Shown: positions 8,859 through 18,006 of the stretch, one piece after another
How positions within the stretch are numbered: the stretch's first letter is position 1
Layout of the letters: the number at the start of each line of letters is the position of its first letter
NCBI GenBank assembly: GCA_028866935.1
Contig: JAGWHH010000001.1
Coordinates: 1 to 51,624, forward strand
Direction of reading: 5' to 3'
DNA length: 51,624 nucleotides
Origin: Candidatus Micrarchaeota archaeon
GTDB lineage: Archaea > Micrarchaeota > Micrarchaeia > Micrarchaeales > CABMGC01
Notes under the pieces: model-generated
Told to the model about the DNA's origin: nothing
Seen by the model: only the letters and a program-made list of their open reading frames with translations
The model's database searches: none
Made by a program: the position numbers and the translations under genes

Positions 8859-9581
8859 CTACCTTCTTGTCATCTCTTCAGCTGAAAGAACATCGAAGCC
8901 ACTTGGTGTTATCTCATACGGTGCTGTAATAAAGCTATGTCTATATCCTCTCATCTTCAAGACTTCAAGTGCGCTAACCCTCTTTATGTCCTCTCCACTC
9001 TGGTACATCGCTAACATTCCATCAAAGATGAAGTGTTCAGGCTTGAATCTAAGTTTTGACCTCTCAGGACGGTCCGATTCCGAAGTAAGAAGGGTAGTCA
9101 CGCCAAGCCTTCGCAGATTTGCAACAAGCGACCACATCGAGCGCCTGTAGGCTATTGGATCCTTCACGATAAGCTCAACTGCAGATATGGAGTCTGCAAC
9201 TACTCTTGTTGCCCCGCTTTTCACAATCAAACTCTCCATTTCAGTTACAATCTTACCGAACTCATATTTTGGGTCATCAAACTCGCTCAATATGCCTTCA
9301 GAAATATCCTTTCCATTTATTATTATCTTTCCCTGATCAATAAGCTCATCTATATCCTCAAAATTGGAGAAGGTTGACTTTGCGTTGTGTATTATCCTCT
9401 TCGGATCCTCCTCAAGCGCAAAGAATACTCCGGCATGACCCTGCTTTGCTCCTTTATAGATAAATTCGAATGCCAAAAGCGTCTTTCCGGCGCCTGGCCC
9501 GCCAACTACAATTACCTGGTTATCCTTTGGTATACCGCCATAAAGCATCGCGTCCAGCCCAGAGATTCCTGTCTCTACCAT
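8859..9581 (-). CDS. Single-domain KaiC-like RecA-superfamily ATPase
   Basis: Walker A motif VVGGPGAGKTLLAFEFIYKG and Walker B-like motif RVVADSIS. The 240-aa size is typical of archaeal KaiC-like signalling ATPases. Confidence 0.75.
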   Translation of the reverse strand: MVETGISGLDAMLYGGIPKDNQVIVVGGPGAGKTLLAFEFIYKGAKQGHAGVFFALEEDPKRIIHNAKSTFSNFEDIDELIDQGKIIINGKDISEGILSEFDDPKYEFGKIVTEMESLIVKSGATRVVADSISAVELIVKDPIAYRRSMWSLVANLRRLGVTTLLTSESDRPERSKLRFKPEHFIFDGMLAMYQSGEDIKRVSALEVLKMRGYRHSFITAPYEITPSGFDVLSAEEMTRR

Positions 9582-9719
9582 CTGCGGAATTTTCCCGCTA
9601 TTCTTGATAGTTTGAGGTGTCTCCGTAACCTTACCGCCTTAACCTGTTCGCCTTTACTTTACTTTCGAAAATCTGAATATATAAATATATGCGTTTAGTG
9701 AGACATAAATGTTGAGCAC

Positions 9720-10439
9720 ATGAAACGGCTTACGTTAACTGGAATATTATTGGTCATATTCTCTTTGGGAATACTCTACGCAAGTTACGGCTCTTTCAGC
9801 AGTACGGTAGCAAACAATACGGTTCAAGCATTAGCACTCTCGCCGCATGAGGCAATCGATGTTCCTTTCCAGGTACAGAATAGTACAATACTTAGCACCA
9901 TATATTTCGTTAAAAACGGAAGCATAGCTTACTATCTGGTTAACAGCTCTGCATATTCAAAATTATCCCACTACACCGATGCAAACTCGCTGTTAAATGC
10001 TTCAGAAAGCCTGAAAGGCAACGGTGTATACGAGATACTGTCCAATAGCTCTTCAGGTTCGTATCCGCTCCAACCTTCAATAGTACTCCGTAGTCAAGAT
10101 TACTATTATAACGGCACAGACAACTTTGCAGCAGGTACATATTACGACATATTCCAAAACCTAGAAAGCAACAGCACAACGGTCTATTACACTGTCGTTA
10201 CAAAGTTGCAGCTATCAGAATCAAACTCAATATTCTATTCAGCTGCGTACGGGCTTACTGGAACGGTGCTTCTCATAATTGGCGTAATAATAATAGGCTA
10301 CTCTTTCCTTGTTCAGAAGTCTCCTGCATCTGAAGATGCAGCAAAGAAAGACGAGATCGATAAGCTATACGCAGAAATTAATGAAAAAGAAGGCAGCACA
10401 AGAACCAAAAAAGCCAGGAAAAACAAGAAGAGAAATTAA
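9720..10439 (+). CDS. Surface/membrane protein with an N-terminal signal anchor, a C-terminal TM helix and a Lys-rich tail
   Basis: 239-aa ORF with hydrophobic N-terminus LTLTGILLVIFSLGILYA. The ectodomain is Ser/Asn/Tyr-rich with many N-x-S/T sequons. The C-terminal TM is GTVLLIIGVIIIGYSFLV, followed by KKARKNKKRN. Confidence 0.55.
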   Translation: MKRLTLTGILLVIFSLGILYASYGSFSSTVANNTVQALALSPHEAIDVPFQVQNSTILSTIYFVKNGSIAYYLVNSSAYSKLSHYTDANSLLNASESLKGNGVYEILSNSSSGSYPLQPSIVLRSQDYYYNGTDNFAAGTYYDIFQNLESNSTTVYYTVVTKLQLSESNSIFYSAAYGLTGTVLLIIGVIIIGYSFLVQKSPASEDAAKKDEIDKLYAEINEKEGSTRTKKARKNKKRN

Positions 10440-10456
10440 CCGTTATAAACCTTCTA

Positions 10457-11161
10457 GTGCATGTTATACTCATGGATACTTTGCAGGAGCGAATTGCCGG
10501 TGAAATAACTCTTTCCGATAGCCCAGGAAGCAATATGAAAAAATGGAGAGAGCTATTCGGCATTTCACAAGTAGAACTGGCAAAATACATCAAGATCTCA
10601 ACATCTACCATAAGCGACTATGAAGGAAACAGGAGGGCAAGCCCTGGCGTTGGTATAATAAAGAGGTTTGTAGGCGCACTCTTTACAATAGACCAGCAGC
10701 GGGGCGGCGAAGTCATAAGGAACCTGGAGAAGTACAACCTGCCTCAGGAAAAGGACCCTTTCTATATGATAAAGGACTTTTCCGCTCCTATAAGCGGCAC
10801 AGATTTTGCAAGAATAATAGATGCAAAGATAGTTTCCAATCCAAACTACCTTGATACGATGAAGATTTTCGGTTACACGCTTATAGACAGCCTCAGGGTC
10901 ATTCTGGAGATATCTCCAAGTGAGTATCCAAAGCTATTTGGCACAACAAACGAGAGGGCATTCGTATTCGACCAGGTAAGCACAGGAAGGTCACCGATGG
11001 TAGTGATTAGGGTAGCTCCAATAAAGCCAAGGATAGTTGTAATACAGAATGTTGAAAACCTGGATAAGCTGGCAATAAAAATCTCACAGATAGAGAAGAT
11101 ACCCCTTCTTACTACAAAGCTGACAACAGAAGAGCTGAAGCAGAGGCTAAGCAACCTATAA
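10457..11161 (+). CDS. XRE-type HTH transcriptional regulator with a C-terminal domain (archaeal COG1395-like)
   Basis: HTH segment MKKWRELFGISQVELAKYIKISTSTISDYEGNRR, followed by a domain of about 150 aa. The architecture resembles archaeal COG1395 regulators. Confidence 0.6.
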   Translation: MHVILMDTLQERIAGEITLSDSPGSNMKKWRELFGISQVELAKYIKISTSTISDYEGNRRASPGVGIIKRFVGALFTIDQQRGGEVIRNLEKYNLPQEKDPFYMIKDFSAPISGTDFARIIDAKIVSNPNYLDTMKIFGYTLIDSLRVILEISPSEYPKLFGTTNERAFVFDQVSTGRSPMVVIRVAPIKPRIVVIQNVENLDKLAIKISQIEKIPLLTTKLTTEELKQRLSNL

Positions 11162-11198
11162 AATAAATGTGCTCTCAATTGTCGAGGATAACAAAAGT

Positions 11199-11618
11199 TT
11201 AAAGATGACCGGATCTTGACTTAAATTCATCCAGTATCAGGTTAGCTACCATCTTTGCAAGGCTCGACGCACTGCTATCACGCAGCACTTCGCGCAAAGT
11301 CCTCTTGATGTCTGCATTTACCTCTTCGCCTGTCTTGCAGCTTCGTACAGCCTCTTCAAGCACGTACATCATTCTTGCGGTGTCATCAGTTCTAGAAAGT
11401 GCCCTCCTTGCGGCAGTTTCAACTACGTATGTTGTTGCCTTTGGATGCGCAGCTACAAGTTCAAGGCAAGATAAGTCATCCGATCGTGCAAGCCTGTGGA
11501 GCTCTCTTGCAGTTGTGGCGTTTACGACCTCTTTGATGGCCACTGTCCTCTCGGAAAGCGCGTTGGCTTTTGCGAAGCTTCCAGCAAACTCGGTCCTTCT
11601 TTCAGTAGCTACCCCCAT
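11199..11618 (-). CDS. Hypothetical Ala/Arg-rich helical protein
   Basis: 139-aa ORF. The antisense ORF 11305..11643 is the lower-quality shadow. No motif recognised. Confidence 0.4.
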   Translation of the reverse strand: MGVATERRTEFAGSFAKANALSERTVAIKEVVNATTARELHRLARSDDLSCLELVAAHPKATTYVVETAARRALSRTDDTARMMYVLEEAVRSCKTGEEVNADIKRTLREVLRDSSASSLAKMVANLILDEFKSRSGHL

Positions 11619-11781
11619 TTTATTACCTCATGATCAGGCATGATGCCTGATTGATAAAACAAGCTAGTGATTAACGAGCTAGTGATTAAGGTGCCCTTCA
11701 CGGCTGACGTATTTGGAATGTATTACCTTTCATCACGATGCACTGCATCTGGTTGATTTACTAGGTATATAAAGCTTGTCT

Positions 11782-12747
11782 TCAAGATCTCTGGGCGGAC
11801 ACCAAGTCCTGCACTCCCTCCAGCTGCGCCGCAGTTGCATTGGCAGCCCTGCCTTCGACATTGTCCTTAAACCTGTGTCCCATCTCTTCCAGTACTGCCT
11901 TTACCTTTATCCATTCATAGCCTAATTTGCCAGTTCTGTGCACAACGCCCAAAGCAGTTATTGCAGCTATCCCGCGGAATGTCTCTTCAAGCGCAAGCCC
12001 AGCAAACATCCCACCTACCACGAAGCCGCCTGTTGCAACCAAAAGAGCCGCAGATTCTAACCCATACTGTATCATCTTCTTTCTCTTTTCTTTCAATTTT
12101 GCCTGAAGATACAGCTTGGTCTCTTTGGAGAAGACCGCTCCCCTAATCTCTTCAAGTCTCTCCTTGTCATTTGCACTCAACCCGGCCTTGGAGCTGTTTA
12201 CCACATCCATGAACAGATCTGCATCAGCCTCCCTAAGCTCACCATCCACTGCGGTTTTGTAGCGGCTTATTAGCCTGTTCACCCTATCCTTTTCAGCATT
12301 AGAATCACCAGATTCCAATTCATACTGCTCTGCCAGCTCATATAGGCCTATCGCAATTCTAAGCTTCTTCACCCTCTTGACAGGATTATCCTCATAGCAC
12401 GAATCACGTGCAATCGCATCGGCATCTATCTGCGCCGCCCTTGCGCGTATCTCGTTTTTGAATCTCTTTGCCGGAGATTCCTTCATCTTTCTTAACATTT
12501 CCTTTACTACTTCAGAAGTATCTCCCCCAAGCGTCTCCCCTGTTTCCGGATCATAAAATATGCCCCAGCCAGTTGCAATGTTCCTTCTAAGTTTCTTCAG
12601 CTGCCCTCTAAAGGCAGACTTAGGCATCTTGTCCCTCTCAGCTCTCATCAGCGCATGCCCTCCTTGCTCAGACGTCCCGATTCCACGATGCCCGGTAACC
12701 TTAGTTTCCCCTTCTATTTTCATGGCGACTCTCCCCACAGATATCAC
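11782..12747 (-). CDS. Hypothetical protein with a charged helical N-terminal part and a Gly-rich hydrophobic segment near the C-terminus
   Basis: 321-aa ORF with hydrophobic segment ALLVATGGFVVGGMFAGLAL. No family recognised. Confidence 0.45.
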   Translation of the reverse strand: MISVGRVAMKIEGETKVTGHRGIGTSEQGGHALMRAERDKMPKSAFRGQLKKLRRNIATGWGIFYDPETGETLGGDTSEVVKEMLRKMKESPAKRFKNEIRARAAQIDADAIARDSCYEDNPVKRVKKLRIAIGLYELAEQYELESGDSNAEKDRVNRLISRYKTAVDGELREADADLFMDVVNSSKAGLSANDKERLEEIRGAVFSKETKLYLQAKLKEKRKKMIQYGLESAALLVATGGFVVGGMFAGLALEETFRGIAAITALGVVHRTGKLGYEWIKVKAVLEEMGHRFKDNVEGRAANATAAQLEGVQDLVSAQRS

Positions 12748-13062
12748 CTAATAAACACTGGGCAAATTTTCATATATACGGGTTTCCTACGATCAAAAAT
12801 TTAGAGAGATGATTTAAATATCAGAAAAAGGATAGTACTCTAGTTATTTTTCCTATGTGTCTACGTCACCTTCTTAAAGAAAGCCTCCCTCCTGGGCGCG
12901 CAGCCAGAACATAATTGCGCCCGTCTTCGATGCAACACCAAGATGATGTCTCTCCTATGCCCTCTGCCTAGGTAGAAATCGCCCTTACTACCAGTTTAGG
13001 CAAGATAATATCTTTCATCCAATTATCTATAATTCGGCTAGATGCTCCTGCTTATTGTAATA

Positions 13063-13133
13063 TGGGGGTAAGGAGAATTGAACTCCTGCCCGCAGAATGT
13101 CAATCTGCTATCCTACCACTAGACGATACCCCC
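13063..13133 (-). tRNA. tRNA-Val (anticodon GAC), no intron, CCA not encoded
   Basis: The minus strand reads GGGGGTA-TC-GTCT-AGTGGTA-GGAT-A-GCAGA-TTGACAT-TCTGC-GGGC-AGGAG-TTCAATT-CTCCT-TACCCCC-A. Acceptor, anticodon and T stems are perfect and the D stem has G-U pairs. A TATA-like TATTATAATT lies about 24-33 nt upstream, inside the last codons of rnz. Confidence 0.9.
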
Positions 13134-13151
13134 GCAGAATTAGTTGTCTCT

Positions 13152-14042
13152 CTAAACAATTATAATATCTCCGTCCTCTGCAACTTCCGAGTTCTTGAAT
13201 ATCTTCTGTGCCTCCTCTTCAAGTATCCCTATATCGTTGTATCTTGCGCTTATATGCGTAAGCAGAAGGCGTTTTACGTGCGCCTTCTTTGCTACCTGAG
13301 CGGCTTCAGTTGCAGTAGAGTGCATTCTTTCAACTGCAAGCGACTTCTCTTTCTCACAGTAAGATGACTCATGTATGAGAAGGTCCGCATCGGCAGCCGC
13401 CTTCACCGTATCTTTCGAAGGCCGCGTATCGCCAGTATATACAACTTTTTTGCCCAGCTGCACATTAGTTACTTGTGAAAGCTTGATTATTTTAGTGCCA
13501 ACCTTTATCTTACCTTTTTTCTGAAGCTGTGAATGCATATCTCCCTTTATCCCAAGCTTCTTTGCATCCTCCTCAACAAACCTCCTCTTATCATCTTCCT
13601 TAAACGCGTATCCGTAAGCTGTTATTGAATGCCTAAGCGGGAAGGCATTTACAGAAAAGCCCCTGCCTCTATACACCTCTCCTGCCCTTATGCCCTTCAC
13701 TTCAACGCTATATCCCAAAATCGCCCTGTCAAACGATAGCAATGACATCACAACATGCTCATGGCCCCTAGGAACAAAAATCGTAAGAGGATCCGTCCTT
13801 CTATTCAGTGCCAGGGTCCTTACAAGCCCTGCAATCCCTATTACATGGTCGCCGTGGACATGGCTGATGAAGATGGCCCTGAGTTTAGACGAGTTTACTC
13901 CGAATTTCAGCATCTGCATCTGCGCAGATTCGCCGCAGTCAAACAGGAAAAGATCGCCCTCATGTACCAGCGCCACAGCCGGAAGCGATCTGTATTTTGT
14001 GGGCGATGACCCTGCAGTACCGAGAAACACTATCTTAATCAT
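13152..14042 (-). CDS. rnz: Ribonuclease Z (tRNA 3' endonuclease, metallo-beta-lactamase fold)
   Basis: N-terminus IVFLGTAGSSPT, then FLFDCGE, the HVHGDH zinc motif, and C-terminal YTGDTRP...LIHESS...HSTATEAA...LTHIS. The 296-aa size is typical of short-form RNase Z. Confidence 0.85.
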   Translation of the reverse strand: MIKIVFLGTAGSSPTKYRSLPAVALVHEGDLFLFDCGESAQMQMLKFGVNSSKLRAIFISHVHGDHVIGIAGLVRTLALNRRTDPLTIFVPRGHEHVVMSLLSFDRAILGYSVEVKGIRAGEVYRGRGFSVNAFPLRHSITAYGYAFKEDDKRRFVEEDAKKLGIKGDMHSQLQKKGKIKVGTKIIKLSQVTNVQLGKKVVYTGDTRPSKDTVKAAADADLLIHESSYCEKEKSLAVERMHSTATEAAQVAKKAHVKRLLLTHISARYNDIGILEEEAQKIFKNSEVAEDGDIIIV

Positions 14043-15152
14043 TCAAATCTCCAGCACTACTTTTTTGTCCTTAAGGTTTAATTTATCTATCTTCAGATTG
14101 GGAAACTCCTTGATTACCTCTTCAAGCGTCGCTCTTCTGTTCTGTTGAAGATAAAATATTACAGAATTAACCTCGTTCATATTCGCGAAGATCCTCTTGG
14201 CCGCTTCGGCTGAGTTTGCCGAGTCTTCAGAAAACTGCCTCACGAGCTCCTTCTGTTTGCTTATGTTCGCTTCAAGCTCATCAAGCTCCTTGTTCTTGCC
14301 TTCTGTTTTTACCGCATGCCTTGATTCTAGGCACACTTCGTCAAGAGCCTCACTTATTGTGGCAACTTTTTTCTGCTCAAGTTCAGAATACTTGCCCAAT
14401 GGCATTGCCGAATAATCAACAGGCTTTCCATCCTTTATGTACACTGTCGGCTGGCTATTCTTTAGCTCTTCAAAAAACTTCTCAAAAGCCTCAGCAAGCC
14501 TGCCGATTTCACCCTCCTTCAATGCCTCCTTTGGATTTAATCCTGCGCTTCTGATGATCTCATCAAGATACATTGGGCCAAGGTTTATGCTCTTTGAAAT
14601 CTCCACTATCATCTTCGAATCTGCCTTTGCAACACTCTCTAGCACTTTCCTTAAATTGGAGTTATCCAGAGAAGAGAGGTCAAGGCTTTCATTCTTTGGA
14701 AGGACATAGTCCGCTCCAGGCCTTACCGTCCTGTCTTTATAGTTTACGTTCTTGTAGCATACCTCTATCTTTCCAGCATCGCTAAGCAATATCAGGTTCC
14801 CCTTCCCGAACATCTCTATAAGCAACCTAAACTTGCCATCCCTTGCGCCAAGCTCAAGGATCAGTATGCGGTCAGACCCATGCTGGTATACGTCTAGAAC
14901 TTTCGAGTCCTCAATCCTCTTGCGCACAGCCATTGCAAAGTTCGTGGCTTCTCCGGCCTCCTCCTTGAACCTGGTCTCATTTATTGTGCTTAGCAGCTTG
15001 CAATAAACATCAACATTTCCATCAGGCCTATGGAATGACATCCGGAAGGCGCCCTCCCCCAGGTCATAGAACTTCTTTATGAAGCTGCCTACAATCCTGG
15101 GTTTAAGCTCTAATGCCACAAGCCCAAGCTCAAGCGATGTTATTTCGCGCAT
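14043..15152 (-). CDS. NFACT-N domain protein (Rqc2/NEMF/FbpA homologue), N-terminal half only
   Basis: The N-terminus MREITSLELGLVALELKPRIVGSFIKKFYDLGEGAFRMSFH...ILILELGARDG...LLIEMFGKGNLILL is typical of NFACT-N. It is followed by a coiled-coil segment. The ORF stops at 369 aa directly against the rnz start, with no NFACT-R/DUF814 part. Confidence 0.6.
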   Translation of the reverse strand: MREITSLELGLVALELKPRIVGSFIKKFYDLGEGAFRMSFHRPDGNVDVYCKLLSTINETRFKEEAGEATNFAMAVRKRIEDSKVLDVYQHGSDRILILELGARDGKFRLLIEMFGKGNLILLSDAGKIEVCYKNVNYKDRTVRPGADYVLPKNESLDLSSLDNSNLRKVLESVAKADSKMIVEISKSINLGPMYLDEIIRSAGLNPKEALKEGEIGRLAEAFEKFFEELKNSQPTVYIKDGKPVDYSAMPLGKYSELEQKKVATISEALDEVCLESRHAVKTEGKNKELDELEANISKQKELVRQFSEDSANSAEAAKRIFANMNEVNSVIFYLQQNRRATLEEVIKEFPNLKIDKLNLKDKKVVLEI

Positions 15153-15249
15153 AGTCTCATACTAATAGCGATTGTAATACTTAAAATGGTAACGAAATTC
15201 TGCAGAATAAACTTTTAAGCTAGTAAAACTACTAGATCCCCTGAACGTC

Positions 15250-16113
15250 ATGGCCGCTTTTCGCAATCAGCCTCAGCTACGCAAACTTGCGCAGTCTAAA
15301 ATAAACCCCAGCCTGCAAAGGCCCAGGGAAGTAGTGAAGGATAAGCTGGCGCTCAAAGCCTCGAGAAGGGCACCCGAGCAGAGCAACGTGGTCCAGATAA
15401 AATCAGTAAGAAGGAAAGAAGAAAACAAGAAGCTGCTTGAGGATGCAAGCCTAGTTGGCGGAGTAGTAGGGCCCGCGCTAGGTTTCGGAACAACGCTTTA
15501 TGTTGTAGGGCTTCAAAAGCACTTCAGCTGGACTGCAATGAAGATAAGTGACATATTCGGAAATCACCCAGGCAGCAATCTGCTCGGTTACGGGGTGGGC
15601 GTATCAGGGGCATTGAGCATGGGCTATTGCTATGGCCTGTACAAGTCATTGCCCAAGGCAAGCTTCAAGTTAGGGCCAATCAAAGGAAATTGGAATATGC
15701 TTGGCACTGCGGCAATGGCGCAGAGCATGGCCTCACTCTCAGTTACAGCAATTTCTGGAATGATAAACTCAAGAGGCCTGGTGCACTACGTGTCTTCAGG
15801 AACCTATTATTACGGTGTTCCAGTCGCCCTTAGCCTATTTGGCGCAGGAATGCTTAGGAAGAAGGAGGATCTTGTAGGGGGCATAACACTCGCATCCGCC
15901 GGAGCTGCATTATCAGCAGGCATATACGGCATCTTAGCAAAAAGCCCGATACCTGCGGAATATGAATTCGGAATAAGCCTGATTGCGGGCGGATGGGCGA
16001 TGGCAACTGCAAGCTACCTTACTGCAAAATCTGGGATAAAGCAGGTCCGCGAAAGGATAAAAAACAAAGCAAGGGATTTATTGAACCTGAAGAACGCACT
16101 TGGTCATGCTTAG
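15250..16113 (+). CDS. Hypothetical multi-pass membrane protein with a basic N-terminal tail
   Basis: 287-aa ORF. A Lys/Arg-rich stretch of about 75 aa is followed by several Gly/Ala-rich hydrophobic helices. Confidence 0.5.
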   Translation: MAAFRNQPQLRKLAQSKINPSLQRPREVVKDKLALKASRRAPEQSNVVQIKSVRRKEENKKLLEDASLVGGVVGPALGFGTTLYVVGLQKHFSWTAMKISDIFGNHPGSNLLGYGVGVSGALSMGYCYGLYKSLPKASFKLGPIKGNWNMLGTAAMAQSMASLSVTAISGMINSRGLVHYVSSGTYYYGVPVALSLFGAGMLRKKEDLVGGITLASAGAALSAGIYGILAKSPIPAEYEFGISLIAGGWAMATASYLTAKSGIKQVRERIKNKARDLLNLKNALGHA

Positions 16114-16168
16114 CCATTCAATTTCTTTTAAGCATCATTTAAGGCCATCCTTCCCAGTTTTCTTAGGG

Positions 16169-17116
16169 CTAAATATCCTGCCTTCCTGCAGCTCCTTTAA
16201 GATCTGTGTCAACAAGTTTTCCTAGGAATTCCATCCCCCGATCGCTATCGCGAAGCCCTGCCCACAGCGCAATCCTTGCAAACGGCGTCATATTTGCGCT
16301 TAATTCAGAAAGTAGTTGCGTATTTACCTCATTCAATCCTACCAGCACCTGCCTTTCAATATTGCCCCTATTCCATGCGCCGCTGCCCCTGGCTAATAGT
16401 TCCTGAGCAGACAACGAAGTCCTGGCCAGTGCAACATAAACAAATTCTCCCAATTCCGCTTCATAAGCGACAAGAGCACTTGTGATGCAGGCCACCTCAT
16501 GCTCGATAACTCCTCTTTGCAGTAAAAGGCCACGCACCGCTCCCTTAAGTAAATCCAGTTTTCCTCCTTTTACGTCCTTTTCATCAAAGTTGGTGGCTAC
16601 GCTTGAGGTTATTCTTCCTACGTTCTGTGCACTTTTGCTGCTCCGCTGCTGCAGGATAAAACTTTCGCCATCAACTGACTTAACAAGCAAAGCGCAGCTA
16701 AATGGATAAGTTATCTCCCTGTCAAAATTTGCAGGACCTGCCTTGTCTAGCTGCTTTCTTATCCAATTGAGGTGGTCTTCATCATCAACATCCTTCCCCC
16801 TTTCTGCAAGCTTTACGTAGTATGGGTAAAAGACAACCTCAAAGTCCGTCTTCCCGCCAGCTTCGCACCTGATATTCTGAAGTCCGCAAGTGTTGAAGTC
16901 TGAAAATCTTGGCTTGCCGTCATCCTGTATTTCAGACCACTTTTGCGAAGTAGACTGTATAACCTCCTGGATTACCCTGTCTGCACCCCTGTAAGGCACT
17001 ACACTAAAATCCAGATGGGCACGGTCAAAAGGCCCGGCATAGACTAACTTTGCTGTAGGCGCTATCCTTTCAAGATCTACATGAGGGGTTTTTCTTATCA
17101 CAGTCTCGCCTTGCAA
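16169..17116 (-). CDS. Hypothetical protein
   Basis: 315-aa ORF with a TTG start as tracked. A weak Nudix-like G...E...R pattern around GAVRGLLLQRGVIEHEV is not convincing. Confidence 0.4.
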   Translation of the reverse strand: MQGETVIRKTPHVDLERIAPTAKLVYAGPFDRAHLDFSVVPYRGADRVIQEVIQSTSQKWSEIQDDGKPRFSDFNTCGLQNIRCEAGGKTDFEVVFYPYYVKLAERGKDVDDEDHLNWIRKQLDKAGPANFDREITYPFSCALLVKSVDGESFILQQRSSKSAQNVGRITSSVATNFDEKDVKGGKLDLLKGAVRGLLLQRGVIEHEVACITSALVAYEAELGEFVYVALARTSLSAQELLARGSGAWNRGNIERQVLVGLNEVNTQLLSELSANMTPFARIALWAGLRDSDRGMEFLGKLVDTDLKGAAGRQDI

Positions 17117-17196
17117 ATTTTATTATCTTTAATACTTATAGTATGCCCTTTACTTAGGCAATGTCCTATTTAGGTATTTTAAGAGGGTAGGCCTTT

Positions 17197-17988
17197 CTAC
17201 TTCTTGACCCTCTTCATTCCTTCTTCCTTCACTATTCTCGAGAAAAGCTGAGCTTGCTTCTTTGCAGCTGAAGATTGCTCTATGGCAGTACCTATCTGTA
17301 CTATGTCAGCGCCAGCCTTTATGGTAGTGCGAAGGTCATCCTCAGTTCTTATTCCACCTGCAACTATGTAAGGCACAGTTATAGTGGACTTGACTGCTCG
17401 TATCATTTCTGGCGGCACCGGGCCGTGGCCCTGCAGCTGCGGGTTTGATCCAACATCAGTGATTACGAAACGGTTTCCAAGATACTCTCCTGCAAGTGCT
17501 AGTGCTGCCGCTATCTTCGATTTTTCCCTTGGAACGAGGTTGACGTCACCAACCCATCCGACTGTTCCTCCTGGGGAGACGACCACGTATCCTACGGGGA
17601 GCGGTTCAATTCCCATCTGCTTTACCAGTGGGGCAGAAAGCATCTGCGCGTGTGTTATCCAGTAAGGCGTCCTTGCATTAAGAAGCGACATGAAATATAC
17701 TGCATCTGCATACTTGCTTAGCGATGCGATGTTTCCCGGAAAGAGTACAACTGGAGAGGAGACTGTTTCCTTTATCCCTTTAATCACGTAATCAAGGAGT
17801 TCCCCCTGCGCACCTATGCTCCCTCCCACGAGTATTACATCTGCACCACCTTCATCCGCTTCTTTTGCAGTCTTTATTGCAAGATCTGGCGTCTTGTAGT
17901 CGACTGGGTCTATAAGCATGAACATCAAAGCTCCTTTCTCCTCAAGCTTTTCGTATATCCTCTTTTCTATCTTTCCAACCTTGACCAT
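17197..17988 (-). CDS. Geranylgeranylglyceryl phosphate synthase (PcrB/GGGPS family)
   Basis: TIM-barrel motifs of the family are present: FMLIDP, ADVILVGGSIG, ADAVYFMSLLN, and VPYIVAGGIRT with ADIVQIGTAIE. Confidence 0.8.
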   Translation of the reverse strand: MVKVGKIEKRIYEKLEEKGALMFMLIDPVDYKTPDLAIKTAKEADEGGADVILVGGSIGAQGELLDYVIKGIKETVSSPVVLFPGNIASLSKYADAVYFMSLLNARTPYWITHAQMLSAPLVKQMGIEPLPVGYVVVSPGGTVGWVGDVNLVPREKSKIAAALALAGEYLGNRFVITDVGSNPQLQGHGPVPPEMIRAVKSTITVPYIVAGGIRTEDDLRTTIKAGADIVQIGTAIEQSSAAKKQAQLFSRIVKEEGMKRVKK

Positions 17989-18006
17989 TTCATCACATCA
18001 GTATGA

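Noticed and set aside
12748-13062. C/D box sRNA in the long gap upstream of the 321-aa ORF (AGATGATGT at about 12938)
   Set aside because: The C-box-like string lacks the terminal A. No CTGA D box or terminal stem lies at a suitable distance on either strand.
13062-13367. 101-aa plus-strand ORF starting MGVRRIELLPAE
   Set aside because: It begins inside the reverse complement of tRNA-Val and runs antisense through the 3' end of rnz, so it is an artefact.
13690-14148. 152-aa and 84-aa plus-strand ORFs antisense to rnz and the NFACT gene, with similar antisense ORFs at 14197..14785
   Set aside because: The opposite strand carries clear RNase Z and NFACT-N motifs. These are low-complexity Ser/Leu-rich shadows.
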